From an uncultured delta proteobacterium (GTDB lineage Bacteria > Myxococcota_A > Polyangia > Polyangiales > Polyangiaceae): DNA of 64,000 nucleotides. Under the pieces are notes generated by a model that saw only the letters and a program-made list of their open reading frames with translations, had not been told where the DNA came from and did no database searches. Shown piece by piece: positions 29,414-38,514 of this stretch; positions within the stretch are counted from its first letter, which is position 1; each line of letters opens with the position of its first letter. A program made the position numbers and the translations under genes. The stretch lies in assembly GCA_963806225.1 (NCBI GenBank), contig CAWDXG010000004.1, forward strand, positions 4,352,001-4,416,000. The letters run 5' to 3'.

Positions 29414-32023
29414 ATGCAGCTCTCCCAGCACAACATCCTTACCCGGCTGGGCAAAGAGTCCGGCTGGCTCCTCGTCAACCTGCTGAGCGGCGAGGCGGAT
29501 CTGCTCGACCCCGAAGAAGGCGAGCGCCTCTCCCGCGGGGAGTACGAAAACCCGGCGGAGCTGACTCTCAAGGGCTACCTGGTGCAGCCCGAGGAGGAGG
29601 CGCGGCGCTACAAGCGCGCCTACCTGGACTTCGTCGAGTCGCGCGCGACCGACGAGGTGCAGCTGTTCTACGTTCCGTCGTACGCCTGCAACTTCGACTG
29701 CGCGTACTGCTACCAGGCGGGATACGAGCCCGAGCAGCGCGGCGACCAGGACGCAGTACTGGACGCCTTCTTCGCCTACGTCGATGACGCCTTCGCTGGC
29801 CGACGCAAGTACGTCACGCTGTTCGGCGGCGAACCTCTGCTGCCGAATGCGGCGTCGGTGCGCGTGGTCCGGCGTCTTGTCGCAGAGACCGGGCGCCGGG
29901 GTCTCGACCTGGCTGTGGTCACCAACGGCTACAACCTGGAAACCTACGCACCCCTGCTGGCCAGTGGGCGGATCCGCGAGGTGCAGGTCACGCTCGACGG
30001 CATCGAGCGGATCCACGACGCGCGCCGCCCTCTCAAGGGCGGTGGGTCGACGTTCGAGCGCATCGTCGCGGGGATCGACGCGTGTCTCCGCCAGGAGCTG
30101 CCGGTCAACCTGCGCTCGGTCGTCGATCGCGACAATCTCGAGAGCTTTGCCGAGCTCGCGCACTTCGCTATCGACCGCGGCTGGACCGACAATCCCCTGT
30201 TCAAGACCCAGATCGGCCGCAACTACGAGCTCCACTCGTGCCAGGTCGAGTCGAACCGGCTCTACACGCGGCTCTCGCTCTACGAGGACCTCGCCAAACT
30301 CATAAGGCGCGACCCGGAGATCCTGCGTTTCCACAAGCCGGCGTTCTCGGTGGCGCGCTTCCTGTTCGAAAATGGCGAGCTCCCGCCGCCGCTCTTCGAC
30401 TCGTGCCCCGCGTGCAAGACGGAGTGGGCGTTCGACTACACCGGGCACATCTACCCGTGCACCGCAAACGTGGGCAAAGCCGGCGAAGAGGTCGGCACGT
30501 TCTACCCCGAGGTCCGGCTCGACCGCTCGCGCGTGGAGAGCTGGGAGGAGCGCGATGTACTCGGCATCGCGGCATGCCGCTCGTGCTCGCGCCAGCTGGC
30601 GTGCGGCGGCGGCTGCGGCGCGGTCGCGAAGAACCGCGAGGGAAGCGTCGACCGCCCCGATTGCCGTCCTGTTCCCGAGCTCCTGGCGCTGGGGGGAGCG
30701 CTGTATGCCGAATCCCTAGTCCGGAGACACCCATGTCGGAACACGTCAGCCGAAATCGACAGCCAGAGCTTCGAAGCCGAGGTGCTCGCCCAGAGCGCGC
30801 CCGTCGTGCTCGACTTCTTTTCCACCGAGTGCCCCCCGTGCGAGGCGCTCGCGCCGAAGTTCGAAGAGCTGGCACGGATCTACGGAGAAAACGTCCGCTT
30901 TCTGAAGGTATTCCGTCAGGAAAACAGGGAGCTGGCGGAGCGCCTCGGTGTGCGCGGCTCGCCCACCGTGCTGTTCTTCGACGGTGGGAAGGAAGTTGGC
31001 GAGCGTCTCACCGGCGCCATCAAACGCTCCGCGCTCCGCGCCGGCATCGAAGCGATGATCCCAAAAGAGCGCGCTGCCGAGCTCCGGGCCCGCGAGCGCG
31101 CGGTCGATACCGAGTGCGACGTGTTGATCCTGGGCGCCGGCCCCGCCGGTGTGACGGCTGGCATCTACGCGGCGCAGGCCAAGCTCCGCACCATCATGGT
31201 GGACGTGGGTCTGGGCGGCGGAAACCTCTCGATCACCCACCAGGTCTCGAACTTCCCGGGCTTCCCCAAGCCCCAACCCGGCTACATGCTGGCGCACTAC
31301 CTGCTCGAGCACGCCCGGGAGGCCGGCGTGCAGTCGCGTTTCGCCGCGGAGCTCACGGTGGCGGACCTGCACGAACGCCGCATCGTGCTCGACGGCGTGG
31401 AAACGATCCGGGCGCGCAAGGTGGTTGTCGCGACCGGCTCGTCGCCGCGGCCCATCGGCGTGCCGGGCGAGCGCGAGTACAAGGGCAAGGGGATCAGCTA
31501 CTGCGCGACCTGCGACGCCAAGTACTACGAAGGCAAGCACGTGGTGGTGATCGGCGGCGGCAACTCGGCGATCGAGGAAGCGCTCTTCATCGCGAAGTTC
31601 GCGGCGAAGATCACGCTGATCCACCAGTTTGCCCAGCTGTCCGCGAACAAGCAGGCGCAGGCGCGCGTCTTCGAGAACGACAAGTTCGACTTCCTGTTCG
31701 AGCATGAACCGCGCGAGTTCGTCGCCGGAAATGGCAGGACCGTCGACGGCGTGGTCGTGGAGGATCTCCGGACCGGAACCCGGCGCCGCGTCGACTGCGA
31801 CGGGGCGTTCGTGTTCGCGGGCATGCGCCCGAACCTCGACGCATTCGGCAGCATTTTCAAGGTGGACAGCCACGGCTACGTCGTCGTCGACGAGGAGATG
31901 CGCACAAATGTGCCGGGAGTGTTTGCCGCCGGCGACATCGTCAGCAAGCGCTTCCGCCAGATGACGACCGCTGTCTCCGACGGCACCGTGGCGTCCATGG
32001 CGCTCGCGCAGGAGCTCGCGTAG
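29414..32023 (+). CDS. Radical SAM/SPASM maturase read in frame into thioredoxin + thioredoxin reductase domains (may be two genes, second start at 30733)
   Basis: N-terminal extension of about 80 aa, CNFDCAYC, FGGEPL, SPASM CPAC..GHIYPC..CRSCSRQLACGGGC..C. Then DFFSTECPPC (Trx), GAGPAG, ATGS, SYCATCD, GGGNSA, GVFAAGD (TrxR). Confidence 0.9.
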   Translation: MQLSQHNILTRLGKESGWLLVNLLSGEADLLDPEEGERLSRGEYENPAELTLKGYLVQPEEEARRYKRAYLDFVESRATDEVQLFYVPSYACNFDCAYCYQAGYEPEQRGDQDAVLDAFFAYVDDAFAGRRKYVTLFGGEPLLPNAASVRVVRRLVAETGRRGLDLAVVTNGYNLETYAPLLASGRIREVQVTLDGIERIHDARRPLKGGGSTFERIVAGIDACLRQELPVNLRSVVDRDNLESFAELAHFAIDRGWTDNPLFKTQIGRNYELHSCQVESNRLYTRLSLYEDLAKLIRRDPEILRFHKPAFSVARFLFENGELPPPLFDSCPACKTEWAFDYTGHIYPCTANVGKAGEEVGTFYPEVRLDRSRVESWEERDVLGIAACRSCSRQLACGGGCGAVAKNREGSVDRPDCRPVPELLALGGALYAESLVRRHPCRNTSAEIDSQSFEAEVLAQSAPVVLDFFSTECPPCEALAPKFEELARIYGENVRFLKVFRQENRELAERLGVRGSPTVLFFDGGKEVGERLTGAIKRSALRAGIEAMIPKERAAELRARERAVDTECDVLILGAGPAGVTAGIYAAQAKLRTIMVDVGLGGGNLSITHQVSNFPGFPKPQPGYMLAHYLLEHAREAGVQSRFAAELTVADLHERRIVLDGVETIRARKVVVATGSSPRPIGVPGEREYKGKGISYCATCDAKYYEGKHVVVIGGGNSAIEEALFIAKFAAKITLIHQFAQLSANKQAQARVFENDKFDFLFEHEPREFVAGNGRTVDGVVVEDLRTGTRRRVDCDGAFVFAGMRPNLDAFGSIFKVDSHGYVVVDEEMRTNVPGVFAAGDIVSKRFRQMTTAVSDGTVASMALAQELA

Positions 32024-32098
32024 CCACGTAGGACGAGCGACCTCGAAAGGAGCGGCCGCATGCGTCGAGCATGAGCGCGGCGGGGAGCGGAGGCAACG

Positions 32099-32872
32099 CT
32101 AGTCGGCGTCGCGAACCCGCGCCCAGGCGAGCGCAGCGACGTACTCGACCGGCCGCACTCCGCCGTGGCGATCCACGATCGCGCGCAGGGCGGCGAGCAG
32201 CGACTCGAGTTGGGCGGGAGGCAGCATGCGGTGGTCGGACTGGGTGCGGAGCAGCGACAGGTAGTCGTCGGTGCCGTAGGCGCGCTGCCAGGGATATTCG
32301 CGGCTCTCTGCCGGCTCGAACAGGCCCGGACCGTCGAGGAGTTCGCACAGGTTGTCGCTGGAGTTGTACGCCGTCCGGTTGTGCGCCATGTCCGGCGCGT
32401 GGCGGGCATACGCCTCGCGGATTTCCCTATGGAGCCGCGTGTCGTTGTCCACCTGTGGGCGATTGCCGAAGATCGCGAGCGTGCCGCCCGGCGCGAGCGC
32501 GTGCGCGCACTTGCCGAACGCGAGCCGCGGATCGACCCAGTGGAACGACTGCGCTGCGAACACCAGATCGAACGCCGCTCGCTCGAGCGGCCACTGTTCG
32601 AAGGTGGTAACCTCGACGCGCGCCGCGTCGCCGAGCCGGCGCCGCGCCAGCTCGGCGAGATGCACACCGGGCTCCAGGCAGAGCATGTCGTAGCCGCGCC
32701 CCGCGAGAAGCACGCTCGCGTTGCCGGGTCCGGAGCCGATCTCGAGGACCCGCGATCCCTCGTGCAGCCCGGCTCCCCTCACCAGATCCTCGACCAGCTC
32801 GGCCGGGTACGAAGGCCGCACCCGCGCGTACTCGTCCGCCACCTCGTCGAAGACGAATCGCTGCTCCCGCAC
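32099..32872 (-). CDS. Class I SAM-dependent methyltransferase
   Basis: FDEVADEYARVRPSYP, VLEIGSGPG, AQSFHWVD, LAPGG. Confidence 0.88.
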   Translation of the reverse strand: MREQRFVFDEVADEYARVRPSYPAELVEDLVRGAGLHEGSRVLEIGSGPGNASVLLAGRGYDMLCLEPGVHLAELARRRLGDAARVEVTTFEQWPLERAAFDLVFAAQSFHWVDPRLAFGKCAHALAPGGTLAIFGNRPQVDNDTRLHREIREAYARHAPDMAHNRTAYNSSDNLCELLDGPGLFEPAESREYPWQRAYGTDDYLSLLRTQSDHRMLPPAQLESLLAALRAIVDRHGGVRPVEYVAALAWARVRDAD

Positions 32873-32907
32873 CGCGAGAACCTTGACCCGCTGGTCCCGG
32901 TTTGATA

Positions 32908-32923
32908 CTGAACAGATACACAG
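32908..32923. promoter_or_regulatory. Putative LexA (SOS) box
   Basis: CTGAACAGATACACAG is CTG-N10-CAG. The reverse complement CTGTGTATCTGTTCAG fits the Myxococcus consensus at 14/16. It lies 18 nt upstream of the ATG at 32942. Confidence 0.6.
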
Positions 32924-32941
32924 TCATCAAGGAAACCAGCC

Positions 32942-33415
32942 ATGCCTACCAATTCTCCAATAAATCCAGGCATCTACAGCCTGCTCGAGCTCTTCCGGGG
33001 GAAGCTCGAGGGGGTGCGCTTTCCGGACATCGACCGGGAGGTGCTCGAGGGTCTGGCCGCCGAGGTCACCACCCAGCAGGCGCGGCTCGACCTGCTGCGC
33101 GCCGATGTCGCCGCCGCCGAGCAACTGCTCGCAGCCGCACAGTCCGTGCTGCTCGACCGCGCGAGGGAAGCGCTCGCCTACGCTCGCCTGTACGCCGAGC
33201 GTCACCCCGAGCTCGCCGAACAGCTCGACGCTATCCGGCTGGACGCGCGCGCCAAGCGAGGCCCGAAACCGCACAAGCGCCGCGCGGCGAAGCCAAGCCT
33301 GGCCGACGCCGGAGCGGGCGACACGCCACAGGGTGCGACCGACGCGGACAATGCGTCGCCGCGCCGGACGCGTCGCGCCGTCGCCGGCCCTGCCGAGCTC
33401 GAAGCGGTCGGCTGA
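32942..33415 (+). CDS. Hypothetical coiled-coil protein with basic tail
   Basis: RBS AAGGA; LLELF...VRFPDID, a heptad-like helix, ALAYARLYAE, and a Lys/Arg-rich tail. Confidence 0.7.
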   Translation: MPTNSPINPGIYSLLELFRGKLEGVRFPDIDREVLEGLAAEVTTQQARLDLLRADVAAAEQLLAAAQSVLLDRAREALAYARLYAERHPELAEQLDAIRLDARAKRGPKPHKRRAAKPSLADAGAGDTPQGATDADNASPRRTRRAVAGPAELEAVG

Positions 33416-33559
33416 GCCGCCGGCGCGCCGCGCCCGGACGTGACGGGAGGTCGCATCCCCGCCGTGGCGCGGCCGCCAGGACCCCCGGAAAACGGCAAGG
33501 GCCGTGGCTTCGGACTGGCGCGGTGGTCCGGCGGGCGGTGGTGATGTAGACCGCGGAGC

Positions 33560-34735
33560 ATGGCGATGCGGGCTGTGGTTCTGGGTGCGGGGCGGATGGG
33601 TCGGGCTGCGGCGTGGGATCTGGCGCGGCAGCCCGGTGTGGGCGCGGTGAAGCTGGTCGATCACGACGGCGACGCGCTGGCCAACTCCGCGCGCGAGCTG
33701 GAACGCCTGCTGACGGGTACCACGGGCGGCGGCGCGGCGCGCATCGAGACCGCGCGCGGCGATCTCGACGACACGGCGAGCCTGCCGGCGATGATGGAAG
33801 GCTCTGACGTTGTACTATCGAGCGCGGACTACCGCTTCAACGAGGCGCTGACCCGCGCGGCGATCGAGGCGGGCGTCCACCTGTGTGACCTGGGCGGCAA
33901 CCTGTTCGTTGTAGAGCGCCAGATCGCCCTGAGCGAAGCGGCCGAGAAGCGCGGCATCACGGTGATCCCCGACTGCGGGCTGGCGCCGGGTATGGCGGGG
34001 TTGTTTGCGGCGTGGGGCGTGGAGCGGATGCAGTCGGTGGACAGCGTGAAGCTGCGCGTCGGCGGATTGCCGGCCCATCCCAAGCCGCCGCTCGGCTACA
34101 AGCTGGTGTTCAGCGTGCGCGGGCTCACGAACGAATACCTGGAGCCGGCCGACGTGCTGCACGACGGAAAGCCCGCGCGGGTCGCGTCGTTGACGGACGT
34201 GGAGGAACTGGAGTTTCCCTATCCGTTCGGCAAGCTCGAGGCGTTCAACACCTCGGGCGGCTCGTCGACGCTGCCGCGCAGCTTCGCAGGGAAGGTGCGC
34301 GAGCTCGACTACAAGACGATCCGCTACCCGGGACACGTCGCGGCGTTTGCGGGCATGCAGCAGATCGGGCTGCTCTCCGAGGAGCCGGTGGACGCGGTGG
34401 TGCCGCGCGTCTTCACCGAGAAGCTGCTGGAGCGCGCCCTGACCGATGACGACACGGACGTGGTGCTGATGCGGGTCACGGTGAGCGGCACGCGTGACGG
34501 CGAGCGCGGCACTCTCGTGTTCGAGCTCATCGATCACCACGACGCCAAGACCGGTCACTCGGCGATGGCGCGCACGACCGCCTACTCCGCCGCGGCCGTC
34601 GCGTACATGCTGGCGGCCGGCGCGGTCGAGAAGCGCGGCGTGTTGCCCGGCGAGCTCGCCGTTCCGCTCGGCTCCTTCGCCGGAGCCGTCCGTGCCCGCG
34701 GCCTCGACGTGAAGGAACACTGGGAGCCCGCGTGA
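33560..34735 (+). CDS. Saccharopine dehydrogenase / lysine 6-dehydrogenase family protein
   Basis: GAGRMG, CDLGGN, PDCGLAPG, VGGLP, FSVRGLTNEY, EAFNTSGG, YKTIRYPGH, AMARTT. Confidence 0.9.
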   Translation: MAMRAVVLGAGRMGRAAAWDLARQPGVGAVKLVDHDGDALANSARELERLLTGTTGGGAARIETARGDLDDTASLPAMMEGSDVVLSSADYRFNEALTRAAIEAGVHLCDLGGNLFVVERQIALSEAAEKRGITVIPDCGLAPGMAGLFAAWGVERMQSVDSVKLRVGGLPAHPKPPLGYKLVFSVRGLTNEYLEPADVLHDGKPARVASLTDVEELEFPYPFGKLEAFNTSGGSSTLPRSFAGKVRELDYKTIRYPGHVAAFAGMQQIGLLSEEPVDAVVPRVFTEKLLERALTDDDTDVVLMRVTVSGTRDGERGTLVFELIDHHDAKTGHSAMARTTAYSAAAVAYMLAAGAVEKRGVLPGELAVPLGSFAGAVRARGLDVKEHWEPA

Positions 34736-35664
34736 AGCGGGCGGCGCTGCTCGCCGTTGCACTTGTTGCAGGCTGCGCTCCGGGAGCGGGAGCGCTCAGC
34801 GTCAAGAGCGCGACAACTCCGCAGACCGCCGCTACCCGAGGAAATCCCAACCGAGGCCCTGCAGAGGGGGGGCCCCGCGAAGTGGGGGCCTCGCTTCGCA
34901 AAGAAGCCCCTGCCGTCCGCAGCGATTGTCCCAAAGACATGGTGCTGCTCCATCGCGTCGAGGGCGCGTACTGCATCGATCGCTACGAAGCGTCGATCAT
35001 GAAGCGTGACGCGGACGGTACGGAACACCTTTGGCCCAGCAACAAGCCCGTCGACGGCATCGAGGACGAGGTGCGCGCGGTGAGCGTTCCGGGGCGACTG
35101 CCGCAGGGCTACATCTCGGGCAAACAGGCGGCCAAGGCGTGCGCGCACTCGGGCAAGCGGCTGTGCGAAATCGACGAGTGGGTGCTGGCCTGCCGCGGGC
35201 CGAAACTGCAGACCTATCCGTATGGAAACGTCCGCAAGCCGAACGTGTGCAACGACCGCTACAAGGTGCTCGACCACCACCCGGTGGCGCGGCTGTTCCG
35301 GAAGTATGCGCCGCCGGGCACGCCCGCGGCGGACAAGTGGCTACCCAGCTGGATGAACGACCCGCGCCTGTTCGAGATGAGCCACAGCGTCAAGCCGGCG
35401 GGCGCCATGAAGCAGTGTACGAACGCCTATGGCGTGTACGACATGGTCGGCAACCTGCACGAGTGGGTGGACGACGCGGACGGCACGTTCTTCGGTGGCT
35501 TCTTCATGGATACCTTCCAGAACGGCCAGGGCTGCGAGTACCGCACCACCGGGCACCCCTTCGACTACCACGACTACTCGACCGGCTTCCGCTGCTGCGC
35601 GGACCCGCGCACAGCGCCGGCGGACAGCGCGGGTGACTCGCCGGAGAGCTCGCACGGCGGCTGA
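34732..35664 (+). CDS. FGE-sulfatase (SUMF1/EgtB/PvdO) domain lipoprotein
   Basis: CPKDMV, YCIDRYE, GKRLCEIDEW, YGVYDMVGNLHEW, GFRCC. Confidence 0.88.
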   Translation: MKRAALLAVALVAGCAPGAGALSVKSATTPQTAATRGNPNRGPAEGGPREVGASLRKEAPAVRSDCPKDMVLLHRVEGAYCIDRYEASIMKRDADGTEHLWPSNKPVDGIEDEVRAVSVPGRLPQGYISGKQAAKACAHSGKRLCEIDEWVLACRGPKLQTYPYGNVRKPNVCNDRYKVLDHHPVARLFRKYAPPGTPAADKWLPSWMNDPRLFEMSHSVKPAGAMKQCTNAYGVYDMVGNLHEWVDDADGTFFGGFFMDTFQNGQGCEYRTTGHPFDYHDYSTGFRCCADPRTAPADSAGDSPESSHGG

Positions 35665-35712
35665 ACCCTCGCGGCGCCGGGCGGCTCCAACACAGTGAAA
35701 GGAGATCCGCCA

Positions 35713-35937
35713 ATGTCGAGGTTCTTCCCGCACAACGAGCACGCGATCGAACGCGCGCTGCGCGTCGTCATCGGGCTGGTGCTGCTGTCTCTGGTCTTCA
35801 TCGGGCCGCAGACGCTCTGGGGTCTGCTGGGATTGGTGCCGCTCTTGACCGGCCTTGCGGGGACCTGCCCGCTCTACACCCTGTTCGGGTGGAGCACGTC
35901 GTCGGTGAAGCCCAGTCAGCACGCGCCACAGGCCTGA
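35713..35937 (+). CDS. DUF2892 (YgaP-like) small membrane protein
   Basis: NEHAIERALRVVIG...GLVPLLTGLAGTCPLYTLFG; RBS AAGGAG. Confidence 0.85.
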   Translation: MSRFFPHNEHAIERALRVVIGLVLLSLVFIGPQTLWGLLGLVPLLTGLAGTCPLYTLFGWSTSSVKPSQHAPQA

Positions 35938-35941
35938 TCCG

Positions 35942-36132
35942 TGGCAAAATGCCACGAATCCTGCGAAGTAGACGCGCGAAATTGTAGCAAAATGTCTCAC
36001 TCTCACCCCGGGGCGCGGTTGGCAGATTGTCACGCGCCTTGGCCGGGTTGCTGTACGACCTGACACATTGTCATGCCGGGGCTCCGGCGGATCGCGGTCG
36101 CGCGGGAAATCCCGCATGGCACGGGATTCGCT
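35942..36132 (+). promoter_or_regulatory. Four palindromic operator-like sites followed by a sigma54-type promoter
   Basis: TGGCAAAATGCCA (35942), TAGCAAAATGTCT (35985), TGGCAGATTGTCA (36020), TGACACATTGTCA (36061); then TGGCACGGGATTCGCT (36117-36132). Confidence 0.55.
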
Positions 36133-36146
36133 GACAGCCCTGGCGG

Positions 36147-37253
36147 ATGGATCTCGATCGCCTCATCCGCTACGGGAGCCTCGCCGCGTTGCCGGCGTTG
36201 GCCGCGGCGATCTGGCTACTGAGGAGCCCGGCGCCCGCGCCGCACGAGACCGCCACGCCAGCCTCGGCCTCGGTGCCCGTTCTGGGCGACGGACTGCCGC
36301 CGTTGCCGGCAGCCACGGGACAGCGGGCGGACCTCGTCGATGGACCGCGGCGCAGCGCGCCGCCCGTCGAGCGGCGCGCCCAGGCCGCGGCGGATCTTCC
36401 GCCGGCGCGCCCGGGTCCGGCTCCGGCCGTCACGTCCGCGCCGCACGCGAAGGCGAAACACCACCACGACGACTCCGACAGCTTCACCGAGGGGCCGTGC
36501 GGGAACGTGCGCGTGCGCCTGATCACGGCGAGCAAGGACCCGAAGTGGTCGTTTGCTTCGATCGCGACGGGGCCGGACAAGACCGCGCACATGCGCCGTG
36601 TCGGCGACCGGGTGGAAGGTTTCCGCGTGGCGAAGATCGACTGGGACCGCGTGTGGCTCGAGCGCGGCGGAGCGCGCTGCGCGGTCGGCATGCACGCGGG
36701 CGCGCGCCCCACCCGCGCGGATCCGGTGATGGCGCCTGTGGGCGGCAAGAACACCCTTCTGCCGGCGGACGACCCTGCGCCCGTGTGGCAGGTACCGGAC
36801 GTGATCGCCAGCGCCATCACGCAGGACTCCCCGACCGCGTATAGGATTGCGGAGAGCGCGCTGAAGCCGATCTTCGACGCGGCGGCGGATCTCCTGGCGG
36901 GAACGCGCATCGAGCCGCTGCGCAGGAACGAGCACGTTGTGGGCATCACGCTGAACGGCATCCCGGCCGATTCGCTGCTCGATCGCCTGGGCGTGCAGTC
37001 CGGCGACGTCGTGTTGGAGCTGAACGGCTCGCCCTGCACCACCTTCGACGGCGCGCTCCAGGCACTCGAAGCGGCGCGACAGAAGCGGCAGCTGGTCGCG
37101 CTGCTCGAACGGCAGGGCCAGCGCTTCGATCTCACGCTCGGCGTCGGCAGCGCGGCTCCACCGGATGCGCCGGCCATGGATTCACCCGGCGCCGCGGCGG
37201 CTGCCGTCCCCGGGACAGAGCCGCGCGACGAAGCTCCCGCCGTGATGCAGTAG
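36147..37253 (+). CDS. Type II secretion GspC-like protein with PDZ domain (orphan paralogue)
   Basis: N-terminal transmembrane segment, HR-like domain (WSFASI...RRVGDRV..IDWDRVWL), PDZ (GITLNGIPADSLLDRLGVQSGDVVLELNG). Confidence 0.75.
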   Translation: MDLDRLIRYGSLAALPALAAAIWLLRSPAPAPHETATPASASVPVLGDGLPPLPAATGQRADLVDGPRRSAPPVERRAQAAADLPPARPGPAPAVTSAPHAKAKHHHDDSDSFTEGPCGNVRVRLITASKDPKWSFASIATGPDKTAHMRRVGDRVEGFRVAKIDWDRVWLERGGARCAVGMHAGARPTRADPVMAPVGGKNTLLPADDPAPVWQVPDVIASAITQDSPTAYRIAESALKPIFDAAADLLAGTRIEPLRRNEHVVGITLNGIPADSLLDRLGVQSGDVVLELNGSPCTTFDGALQALEAARQKRQLVALLERQGQRFDLTLGVGSAAPPDAPAMDSPGAAAAAVPGTEPRDEAPAVMQ

Positions 37254-37342
37254 GCGGCGACGACCGCCGCCCCTATTCGGTGCCGCCGTCGGTCGCGACC
37301 GGATCGGCGCTCTTCAAGCTGCCGCGCGTTGACGCTTGCCGG

Positions 37343-38494
37343 CTACTTCGGTGGGAGCTTGGGGATCGGCTCGCCGTAGGACTCGACCTGCTTCACCTCG
37401 CTGTCGAGCAGGGTCATGGCTGTCAGGTCGCCATTGGTCGGGTCCTTGCCGTTGCCGTTGAGCTGGACGAGCGCGACGGAGAAGCTGCCCTTGCCGACGA
37501 AGCGCCCCTTCTCTGTCTTCGATTCGACGAACTGGCCGTTGATGACCGTGGACTTGGCGTAGACCTCGATGTGGCCCGCCCCGACCTGGATGTCGATGTC
37601 GAAAGGCGCGGTGCCGAAGGCAATCGTGCCGTCGGGTTCATCCTTCGCGAAGCCTTCGGTCGAGAAGGTGTAGCCCTCCGGCAGGTTCGGATCCGGCAGG
37701 AAGTCGGGGAACTGGGTCAGGTCGCTCTGCTTGTCGGAGGGCACCACGCACGAGGGCAGGGCGCTGTTGAGCAGCTGGCAGATGGGCTTGTCCTTGGGGC
37801 AGCTCGACGGGCACCCGGGGCGAGTGTTCGTGAGCGTCTGTCGCGTGGCGGCAGTGAACTTGCCGCGCCAGATGCCTGTCTTGGGATCGACGTCCATGTC
37901 GGCGTACAGCCTGAGCTGCTGCGACAGGTACTGGACGTTCATGATGAAGTAGTAGTAGCCGCTCGGCAGCCGCGTCGGGCCGCCGCCCGTGAGCTTGTAG
38001 GTGAGCGGCATGCGGATGCGCACGGCGGTGGCGTGCCCGGCCAGGTCCTCGAGCCCCGGCTCGATGATCAAGAGATAGGGCACGCTGACGTTGAAGGTGC
38101 TGTTCGACGCGATGGTCAGCTTGGTGCCGTCCAGCTCCACTTTCGCGCCGTAGCTGAAGGTCTCGTCGTCAGGGTTCGCGCCATCGTAGGCAAAGACGAT
38201 GCTGTCCTTGAAGGCCTGCGCGTCCGGCGGGCTCTGTTCGTCGAGCAGATTGCCCTCGCCGTCGAGCGCGCCGGGAACCGCCAACGAGACGCACTTCACG
38301 CGGATGCTGGAAGCCTTCACCGGCTCGGACAGGTTCACGACCAGCGGCTCCCCGGGACCCTGCGACATCGTACCGTTCGTGTCGCCGACCAGTGTGGCGT
38401 CGGGAGCCGGGTCGAAGGTCTGGCAGGAGCTGGCGGGCAGCAGCACCAGGGCGGCGGCTGCGAAGAGCAGAATGCGGAGTGCGAAGGCCTTCAT
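37343..38494 (-). CDS. Hypothetical lipoprotein with Ig-like N-terminal domain
   Basis: Signal ending ASSC; VNLSEPVKASS...IEPGLEDLAGH (Big_5-like); four-Cys loop. Confidence 0.65.
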   Translation of the reverse strand: MKAFALRILLFAAAALVLLPASSCQTFDPAPDATLVGDTNGTMSQGPGEPLVVNLSEPVKASSIRVKCVSLAVPGALDGEGNLLDEQSPPDAQAFKDSIVFAYDGANPDDETFSYGAKVELDGTKLTIASNSTFNVSVPYLLIIEPGLEDLAGHATAVRIRMPLTYKLTGGGPTRLPSGYYYFIMNVQYLSQQLRLYADMDVDPKTGIWRGKFTAATRQTLTNTRPGCPSSCPKDKPICQLLNSALPSCVVPSDKQSDLTQFPDFLPDPNLPEGYTFSTEGFAKDEPDGTIAFGTAPFDIDIQVGAGHIEVYAKSTVINGQFVESKTEKGRFVGKGSFSVALVQLNGNGKDPTNGDLTAMTLLDSEVKQVESYGEPIPKLPPK

Positions 38495-38514
38495 GGTCGT
38501 CTCCTCCCCGGGAC

